The notes under the pieces were generated by a model, which worked only from the letters and a program-made list of their open reading frames with translations, did not search any database and was not told the origin of the DNA. A program made the position numbers and the translations under genes. From Bacteriovoracia bacterium (lineage in GTDB: Bacteria > Bdellovibrionota > UBA1018 > CAIPTA01), in assembly GCA_050246755.1 (NCBI GenBank), contig JBFWVL010000004.1, positions 160,001 through 224,000 on the forward strand: a DNA stretch of 64,000 nt, in the 5' to 3' direction. Below are positions 57,272 to 64,000 of the stretch, one piece after another (the first letter of the stretch is position 1; each line of letters begins with the position of its first letter).

Positions 57272-58162
57272 CTAGATCAGGTCGGGCTCGGGCCGCTTGC
57301 CCCGCCCCACCAAGATCATTCCGCCGAGAATCAAAACCGCCCCCAGCCATTGCAGGGGCTGCAAGCGTTCTCCAAGAAATACTCCCGCGAGGAGTACCCC
57401 GGTCACCGGTTCGGCGGTGCTCAGGATCGAAACCTCGGCACTAGTGAGTTTCTGGAGGCCCGCCAGGAAAAGGCTCATGGCGGCAAGGGTTCCGATAAGG
57501 GCGGTGGCAAGCACAATGGAAATGGCAGAAGGCAAAAGGGCATACGTATGGTGGCGGAAGTGCCAGGCCGAAAGAACTAGGCCGGCGCCCAGCATAATAT
57601 AGAAGGTAGAGGCGAGTGGATTCACGTTTCGCAGCACGCGGCTCGAGGCCAATATATACAGGGAATAAAATACCGCCGAGAGAAAGCCGAAGAGCAAAGC
57701 CCGGAAGGCATACACCTGGAACTGTGCGGCGATGAGTAAAAAGAGACCGACGGTAACCACCGGCAAAGCCCAGCGGGCGGCACGGCTCAGCTTTTCGCCG
57801 AAAAAGACCCACGCGGCCAGGCTTACGATCACCGGGTAGGTATAGAGCAGCAAGGTGGTGAGCGAGGCCGAAAGGCCTTCGAGGGCGTAGAAAAAAAAGC
57901 TCGAGAAAAGAGCGTAACCGAATATTCCGAGAGCGGCGCAATGCAAAATCGTTTTTAGGGGGAGGCGCAGCGCTTTTCGGTTCGTGGTGAATAGCCACAG
58001 AAAGAGCAGCGATGAGGCCACCGTGAAGCGTAGGCAAAGAAACTCTCCGGGCGTCAGGCCGAGGGCAAAAGCCCATTTTCCGAATAGAACGAGGACCCCA
58101 AAGCAAATACCCGAAGCTAGTACCTGGAGGATCCCCACTTGACGCAGGCGGTTAGTGTTCAT
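57272..58162 (-). CDS. EamA/DMT family transporter
   Basis: About 10 TM segments in two repeats; LLYTYP, FFGEKL, EPV, FLGERL. Confidence 0.88.
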   Translation of the reverse strand: MNTNRLRQVGILQVLASGICFGVLVLFGKWAFALGLTPGEFLCLRFTVASSLLFLWLFTTNRKALRLPLKTILHCAALGIFGYALFSSFFFYALEGLSASLTTLLLYTYPVIVSLAAWVFFGEKLSRAARWALPVVTVGLFLLIAAQFQVYAFRALLFGFLSAVFYSLYILASSRVLRNVNPLASTFYIMLGAGLVLSAWHFRHHTYALLPSAISIVLATALIGTLAAMSLFLAGLQKLTSAEVSILSTAEPVTGVLLAGVFLGERLQPLQWLGAVLILGGMILVGRGKRPEPDLI

Positions 58163-58231
58163 TCTTTTTCTGCCTAAAAATCTTTTGAAATTCGTGCTTT
58201 AATCTCAGAAACCAAATCGTAGCGAGGATGC

Positions 58232-59458
58232 ATGAAAAAGATCAAGGTAGCAAACCCAGTTGTAGAGATGGACGGCGATGAAATGACCCGGGTGATCTGG
58301 GCCTTCATTAAACAAAAGCTTATTCTCCCCTACCTCGACCTCGACATTAAGTATTTCGATCTCGGCATCGAGAATCGCGACAAAACCGAAGATAAAGTAA
58401 CGGTTGAAGCCGCCAACGCGATCAAGAAATACAAAGTGGGCATTAAATGCGCCACCATCACTCCCGATGAAGACCGGGTAAAAGAATTTAAGCTGAAGAA
58501 AATGTGGAAGAGCCCGAACGGCACGATCCGTAATATTCTCGACGGTACGGTTTTCCGCGAGCCGATCATTTGCAAAAACGTTCCCCGTCTCGTGCCGAAC
58601 TGGACCCATCCCATCGTGATCGGCCGCCATGCGTTCGGCGACCAATACAAGGCCACCGACGTGAAGACCAAGGGCAAGGGAAAATTGAAGATGGTATTCG
58701 AGCCCGCCGATGGCTCGGCCCCCCAAAGCTGGGAAGCTTACGAATTCGAGGCCGATGGCGTGGCCATGATTATGTACAATACGGACGCTTCGATCCGTGG
58801 TTTCGCCGAGAGCTGCTTCAACTACGCCCTCTTAAAGGGCTGGCCGCTCTACCTCAGTAGCAAAAATACCATCCTCAAAACATACGACGGCCGCTTCAAG
58901 GATATTTTTGCCGAAGTGTACGAGAAGGAATTCAAATCGAAGTTCGAAGCGAAAAAAATGACCTACGAGCATCGCCTCATCGACGACATGGTGGCCTCGG
59001 CCCTCAAGATGCACGGTGAGTTCGTATGGGCCTGCAAGAACTACGACGGCGATGTGCAGAGCGATACCGTGGCCCAGGGCTTCGGCTCTCTCGGTTTGAT
59101 GACTTCCGTGCTCATGACTCCAGACGGCGGCCTCATGGAAGCGGAAGCCGCGCACGGCACCGTTACCCGCCATTTCCGCCAGCACCAGCAAGGCAAGCCT
59201 ACGTCCACCAATCCTATCGCGTCGATCTTCGCTTGGACCCGCGGCCTCGCGTTCCGCGGCAAGCTCGACAATAATCAGGAGCTGGTGAATTTCGCCAATA
59301 CCCTCGAGAAAGTTTGTATCGACGTGGTGGAGAGCGGGAAAATGACCAAAGACCTCGCGATGTGCGCGAAGGGCAATAAGGTTACGGAGAAGGATTACCT
59401 CAATACCGAACCCTTTCTCGAAGCCCTGAACCAAGAGCTGGCTAAGCGCCTAGGCTAG
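58232..59458 (+). CDS. icd: NADP-dependent isocitrate dehydrogenase (type II)
   Basis: [45 protein letters not shown]. Confidence 0.97.
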   Translation: MKKIKVANPVVEMDGDEMTRVIWAFIKQKLILPYLDLDIKYFDLGIENRDKTEDKVTVEAANAIKKYKVGIKCATITPDEDRVKEFKLKKMWKSPNGTIRNILDGTVFREPIICKNVPRLVPNWTHPIVIGRHAFGDQYKATDVKTKGKGKLKMVFEPADGSAPQSWEAYEFEADGVAMIMYNTDASIRGFAESCFNYALLKGWPLYLSSKNTILKTYDGRFKDIFAEVYEKEFKSKFEAKKMTYEHRLIDDMVASALKMHGEFVWACKNYDGDVQSDTVAQGFGSLGLMTSVLMTPDGGLMEAEAAHGTVTRHFRQHQQGKPTSTNPIASIFAWTRGLAFRGKLDNNQELVNFANTLEKVCIDVVESGKMTKDLAMCAKGNKVTEKDYLNTEPFLEALNQELAKRLG

Positions 59459-61848
59459 AATTTAAAAATCTTTTTCAGGAAACGCAGAACCCCCCAGGAA
59501 GATTCTTCGGGGGTTTCGCTTTTTGGCGGTTCGGGGGCTATTACTGGAATAGCGGCCGGGGCCGCCGGCGCGGGTGTGCCCGTTCCCTCGGCGGGAGGAA
59601 GAATTCCCGCGGCCCGGTAAATGCTTTCCAGCACGACCGGCGGCAAGGTATCGAGGGTCGCATAAATCTCGGGGTAGCGGTCGTAGAATTTCCAGGCCCT
59701 TTTTTCTTCGAGGAACTCGGGTGCTAGTTCGCCTTCGTATACCCAGAGGGGAAGAAAGGCCTTCGGGTCTTTCACGCGGTAGTAACGATGATGGGCTGAG
59801 ATATACACACGATACTTATCGGCGGGATGCCAGGAGGAATCGCGGTCGTTGAGCTCTTCGAGCGACATCGTTACGAAGTGGCGGTACTTCAAAAAATCTT
59901 CTACCTCCGCAGATTTTTTGGCGCGCGCGGCGTTTCTCTCTTGTTCCACGAGGGCGCGAATGCGGATTTCTTCTCCGCTGCGGGAAGTCTCTCCCTCCAC
60001 GGTGATCCGGGTAGAAACGGGCTCCATTCTTTTTTCATTGTGAATTCTCGTGTCATCTTCTGGCGCCGGGGAATGGGCCGATTGCCCGGCCGCCGCGGAG
60101 GTCTCTTCGTTGGTTCCGGAGGAAGCGGAGCGCAGTATTTCCTCAGAGGGAGAAGCTTTTTTTTCTAGCCGGTGAACGGGAGAAGCGGGTTGCTTTTCGG
60201 GCCGGGAGCCAGAAGGCTTTTCCGGGAGAAGATTCGCTGGCTGCATTTTCGGGCCGAGCTCTTTCTCCGGAGTTGGCTGCTTTGCGCGTTCCGGCGCTTG
60301 CCCTTCCGTTCGGGCGCGCGCTTTCTTCGCGGCTTCCGGATCGTTACCGGAAGCAAAGCGCCCCCCACCCTGCTGGGCCGAAGTGGCCGCTCCGGGCGAT
60401 TCTTCCTGCTTTACTTTATTTTTATCTATCCCGGGATCGGTGGGGACCATCGAAGATTCTTCTTGGGGATTGGGAAAAAATTCTTCGCTCGGCGTGGCGA
60501 CGTTTTCGGTGGCGGCATTTATTCCCGAGGAGGGAACCGAGATGGAGTATCCAGTGGATGAGTCTTCTTCATCTTGAGAGTGGAACTGCGGGATTTCTTC
60601 TTTGGCCGGAGCCGGCTCTTCGGTCGGCCTCGTTTCTTGCGAACGAGCCTCCGCGCCTGTCAGGATTTTTTCTTCCGGCATTGCCGGTGAGGGGCCTTTC
60701 TTTGCCGCCGCCGAAAAATCTCTGGTTTTTTCTGGCGTATGCACATTCCACTGGCGCTCGGGATCGGGAGTTAGCTTGCCGATTTTCATTTCGGGAGGAG
60801 GAACGGAGGCGCGAAGCGGAGTTGCGGGTCGCGGCTTTTCTGCGGAGCTGCTCGGTTTCAGGCGGTCCGGCCTTGGCTTTGCGGGATCTGGTAGCTCTTC
60901 ATTCCGCTGGGCAGGGGCCGATTCTTCCGGCGAGGGATCTCGGAGCGCGCGGCCGGGAATATTCGCGGCCGGCACGGACGAATCAGGATTTCCCTCGGCC
61001 TGCTCGCTAACGAGTTGCTCTTTCGTGGCGCTTGCCTTTTCTTCGGCGATGGCCTTCCCAGTGGCGGCCGGATCTTGGGACTGGGCTTTCAGTTTCTCTT
61101 GTGCCGTGAAGGCGGCCTGCGCAGAATAAACCTGCTTGTTTTTTTTAAAGCCGAGGAGCTCGGCCGCCGGATCCTCGATCGCCCAAGCCTGGTTGCTCTC
61201 CTCGAATACAGGCTTGCTCCGGCTTTCGGCTACCCAGGCGATACCCAGTGATTCGAGTTCCTGCTCCGCCTCGGATTTCGGTGTGGCCACCCAGCGCCAG
61301 CGTATTTTTCCCTGCGGGCTATCGGCCGCTTCCTGCCAGTGGCCGCTTTTCGGCCCAGGCCCGCGCACTAAGAGTACCCTTTCCATATTCGGCGGGCGTT
61401 CTTCGAAGCTGGCGGAGAATCCGGCGGAATGTCTCTTGGCTCGGGCCGTATTGCCTTGGTCCGAGAACAAGAGGCGCTTCTGCAGGTCGATCTTGAAGAG
61501 CAAGTTTTTCAGTGGCAGCGGCAAATGGGCGATTTCGGCCCCGCCAAAGCGCGCCGCCCGCTCTCCCAAAACGATATTTTTGGAAGCGATCAGCAGGAGC
61601 ACGCGGCATTCCGCGATCGGTTGCACGATTTCACACCACTCGTAGGCCAGCTGCGCACGATCGAGATCGTCGGTGGAGCCCACTTCGAGTACGGCGAGAT
61701 AAGGCCGGTGCCGGTCGGGGCTCGAGAGAAAGTCGTCGATGGAATCAATGCGCTTGGCTTCGTGTCCCTCGTTCACGAGCACTTCTTGGAGATCGAGCGG
61801 GAAGTGCAGGCTCGTGGACGTGAGGAAGAGGATGATGGGAGTTTCCAC
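59455..61848 (-). CDS. Large hypothetical protein: receiver-like N-terminus, duplicated Trp motif, long Pro/Glu/Ala-rich linker
   Basis: Start placed at GTG 61848, just after the stop of the upstream gene; see findings. Confidence 0.65.
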   Translation of the reverse strand: METPIILFLTSTSLHFPLDLQEVLVNEGHEAKRIDSIDDFLSSPDRHRPYLAVLEVGSTDDLDRAQLAYEWCEIVQPIAECRVLLLIASKNIVLGERAARFGGAEIAHLPLPLKNLLFKIDLQKRLLFSDQGNTARAKRHSAGFSASFEERPPNMERVLLVRGPGPKSGHWQEAADSPQGKIRWRWVATPKSEAEQELESLGIAWVAESRSKPVFEESNQAWAIEDPAAELLGFKKNKQVYSAQAAFTAQEKLKAQSQDPAATGKAIAEEKASATKEQLVSEQAEGNPDSSVPAANIPGRALRDPSPEESAPAQRNEELPDPAKPRPDRLKPSSSAEKPRPATPLRASVPPPEMKIGKLTPDPERQWNVHTPEKTRDFSAAAKKGPSPAMPEEKILTGAEARSQETRPTEEPAPAKEEIPQFHSQDEEDSSTGYSISVPSSGINAATENVATPSEEFFPNPQEESSMVPTDPGIDKNKVKQEESPGAATSAQQGGGRFASGNDPEAAKKARARTEGQAPERAKQPTPEKELGPKMQPANLLPEKPSGSRPEKQPASPVHRLEKKASPSEEILRSASSGTNEETSAAAGQSAHSPAPEDDTRIHNEKRMEPVSTRITVEGETSRSGEEIRIRALVEQERNAARAKKSAEVEDFLKYRHFVTMSLEELNDRDSSWHPADKYRVYISAHHRYYRVKDPKAFLPLWVYEGELAPEFLEEKRAWKFYDRYPEIYATLDTLPPVVLESIYRAAGILPPAEGTGTPAPAAPAAIPVIAPEPPKSETPEESSWGVLRFLKKIFKF

Positions 61849-61850
61849 GC

Positions 61851-62468
61851 CTATTCCAACCTGCGGAATTTTTCCCGCACTTCGGTGGCAGGCAATGCGT
61901 CGTAGTGCCACCACTCATGGGGCAGCTGGAGAAAGCCCGCGTCCACCATTACGCCGCGCAAAAGCAGGCGGTTGTCTATCTGCGCCTTCGTGAGGCGCTT
62001 GGCGGCGAGCCACTCTTGTTCCCGGCGAGGCTCGGCCAAATCGGAAAGATCGTCGAAGGGAGTGCCCATATCGAGTTCCGCTGAGTTTTTATCGATGAGG
62101 CTGAGGTCGATGGAAAATCCGTAGCTATGGAGAGAGCCTTTCGCGGGATCGGCAAAATAAGGCCGTTGCGGGGTGTCCTTTACGAGATTCCAAAATTCGA
62201 TTTGGGCGCTTTGCGGCCGAAGTGCATCGAAAACGATGAATTTTAGCGAGGGGTGGCGGGCGGCAAGCAGGGAGGAGGCTCGCTGAAATTTTTTTGCGGC
62301 TAAGCGATGCAGGAGTACCCGCTGGAATCCCTCGTATACGTCGCGCGCGAGTAAATTATTTGTGCTGCCGTAGCGCAGATCCGCCCGCACGTTGGGTAAA
62401 TCCGTGAGATCGGCAAACTCGGGGTTATGCAAGGCGCTCTCTAGCGAGGCCCGCGCAGAAGAATGCAT
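61851..62468 (-). CDS. ddpX: D-Ala-D-Ala dipeptidase (VanX/DdpX, M15D)
   Basis: DLRYGSTNN, FDALRP, SLHSYGFSID (SxHxxGxxxD), LDMGTPFD, EWWH. Confidence 0.88.
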   Translation of the reverse strand: MHSSARASLESALHNPEFADLTDLPNVRADLRYGSTNNLLARDVYEGFQRVLLHRLAAKKFQRASSLLAARHPSLKFIVFDALRPQSAQIEFWNLVKDTPQRPYFADPAKGSLHSYGFSIDLSLIDKNSAELDMGTPFDDLSDLAEPRREQEWLAAKRLTKAQIDNRLLLRGVMVDAGFLQLPHEWWHYDALPATEVREKFRRLE

Positions 62469-62637
62469 GCTAAAAAGCGTAGCACGTAGCATTCGCTAGT
62501 CCTACCCTCGTGCCCGGCTGAGGATTTCTTCTGACGCATGCGGTCAGAAGCCTTGCCTTTCCCTTTGCCGTGCCCACCTTTTCTTGATAAATTTCTGTAT
62601 GTTTTTCGTTTTGGTTTCGCGGCCTTAAAGGAGCAGC

Positions 62638-63786
62638 TTGAATAATTTTTACACGGTTCTCGTGATTCCCGAGAAGACCAAGCAAGTGAAGAAAGTGGTA
62701 GTGCCCACGATCTACGTGCGTGTGGGCCTACTCGTGGGGTCCGTGGCTGCATTTTTTATCGCGTTCATGGTGTACGACTACGTGAACGTAATGCGCCAAC
62801 TCTCGGAAAATAAAAGATTACAAACCGAGAACCGCCAGCTGAAGCAGCAAATCCAAACGTTCACTACCAAGCTCCAGGGCGTGCAGGATTCCCTCGAGCG
62901 CATCCAGACCTATACGGCGAAATTGCGGATCATCACGAACCAGGCCGGTGAAAACGTAGATACCCTCAAGAAAAAAGTAGCGCCGGATATCCCGGGGATG
63001 CCGATGGACGATCACTCCGACGTTCCGCCCACCAAGAGCATTCCTTCTGGCAGAGAAAGTTTTCTTTTCTCCCCCACCCGCGATCTCGGCCTGATGCCGC
63101 CGGTACGCGGGCGTTTGCTCGCTTCGCTCAACGATGATCAGGCATACCACTTGGCGAACCGCTCGATCGCCGAGGCGCAGGAAAGTCATTCCGAGGAGCA
63201 GAGGGAGGCCGTGGCCAAGCAGCGTCTGTCTGATTTGATTCGGGAAGATGAAGAGCGGGAAAGCGCCGAGCTGCGCCAGGAATTCCAGAAGCTCCAGCTG
63301 GCCTTCGATTCCGTGCACCAGCATGCCGTGGCCGTGGAGCTCGACGTGCAGGCGTTGACCACCGCCCTCTACGATCAGCGCGATTATCTCAACAGCATGC
63401 CCACGCTGAAGCCCACCAACGGCTGGTATACTTCCGGCTTCGGCACCCGCGATTCTCCTTTCACCGGCAAGCCAAACATGCATGAGGGCTTGGACATCGC
63501 GAATCACGTGGGCAGCCCCATTGTGGCTCCGGCTGCCGGGATCGTCACTTATTCGGGCCCCCGCGCGGGCTATGGCAGCCTCGTGACCATTGATCACGGC
63601 TACGGCATTCAAACTCAGTTTGGGCATATTTCGAGAACTTACGTGAAGGTGGGCGACCGCGTGAAGCGCGGGCATAAAATCGCCGCCGTGGGAAATACCG
63701 GAAGATCAACCGGCCCTCACGTGCACTACGAGGTGCGCGTGAACGGAATACCGATCAATCCGCAGTTTTATATTTTGGAGGATTAA
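62638..63786 (+). CDS. M23 family metallopeptidase with TM anchor and coiled coil
   Basis: [16 protein letters not shown] (HxxxD), [15 protein letters not shown] (HxH); SD AAGGAG before TTG. Confidence 0.92.
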   Translation: MNNFYTVLVIPEKTKQVKKVVVPTIYVRVGLLVGSVAAFFIAFMVYDYVNVMRQLSENKRLQTENRQLKQQIQTFTTKLQGVQDSLERIQTYTAKLRIITNQAGENVDTLKKKVAPDIPGMPMDDHSDVPPTKSIPSGRESFLFSPTRDLGLMPPVRGRLLASLNDDQAYHLANRSIAEAQESHSEEQREAVAKQRLSDLIREDEERESAELRQEFQKLQLAFDSVHQHAVAVELDVQALTTALYDQRDYLNSMPTLKPTNGWYTSGFGTRDSPFTGKPNMHEGLDIANHVGSPIVAPAAGIVTYSGPRAGYGSLVTIDHGYGIQTQFGHISRTYVKVGDRVKRGHKIAAVGNTGRSTGPHVHYEVRVNGIPINPQFYILED

Positions 63787-63787
63787 C

Positions 63788-64000
63788 GTGATCGCAGCTT
63801 TAGCGAAAAAAATCTTTGGCACCCAGAACGAGCGCGAGCTGAAAAGCATCCAGCCGATCGTGGAAAAAATCAATTCGCTCGAAGCCGACGTGCAGAAACT
63901 CAGCGACGATCAGCTGCGCGGGAAAACCCTCGAGTTCAAGGACCGTATCGCGAAGGGCGAAAGCCTTGATTCGATCCTTCCCGAAGCCTTCGCCGTTTGC
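63788..64000 (+). CDS. secA: Preprotein translocase ATPase SecA, 3'-truncated; not in the ORF track
   Basis: Manual translation: [71 protein letters not shown]. Confidence 0.93.
   Translation, partial: MIAALAKKIFGTQNERELKSIQPIVEKINSLEADVQKLSDDQLRGKTLEFKDRIAKGESLDSILPEAFAVC

Noticed and set aside
61851-62468. vanX as a glycopeptide-resistance determinant
   Set aside because: No vanH, vanA, vanR or vanS nearby; stand-alone DdpX-type dipeptidases are common housekeeping enzymes.
1-64000. CRISPR arrays, tRNA/rRNA, IS elements, integrases, prophage or defence systems
   Set aside because: I saw no regularly spaced 25-45 nt repeats, cloverleaf motifs in intergenic gaps, or transposase, integrase or nuclease signatures. 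Reading by eye could miss weak cases.

Overview
Gene-dense bacterial chromosome segment made mostly of housekeeping genes: pepN, sucA-sucB-lpdA, hppD/hmgA, ahcY, nhaA, gcvP, secD-secF, serC, fabD, folE/queD-like, cdd, pyrC, fadE, uppP, two HU/IHF proteins, icd, a D-Ala-D-Ala dipeptidase, an M23 peptidase and the start of secA. Many orphan secreted or lipoprotein ORFs are interspersed. That style suggests a Bdellovibrionota/Oligoflexia-like organism (inference only). I saw no tRNA, rRNA, CRISPR array, transposase or phage gene. Best leads: (1) back-to-back sigma28(FliA)-type promoters driving an SH3-SH3-MepA-like peptidoglycan endopeptidase with an overlapping small secreted partner, plus a divergent secreted protein; (2) a stand-alone rpsR-rpmG-rplX operon with a structured leader (rpmG is missing from the ORF track); (3) a large protein with a duplicated Trp motif flanking a long disordered linker; (4) a secreted protein with ADP-ribosyltransferase-like motifs; (5) repeated -10-box-then-ATG (leaderless) gene starts; (6) several structured or repeat-rich intergenic regions. 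All calls come from reading motifs by eye; no database searches were run.
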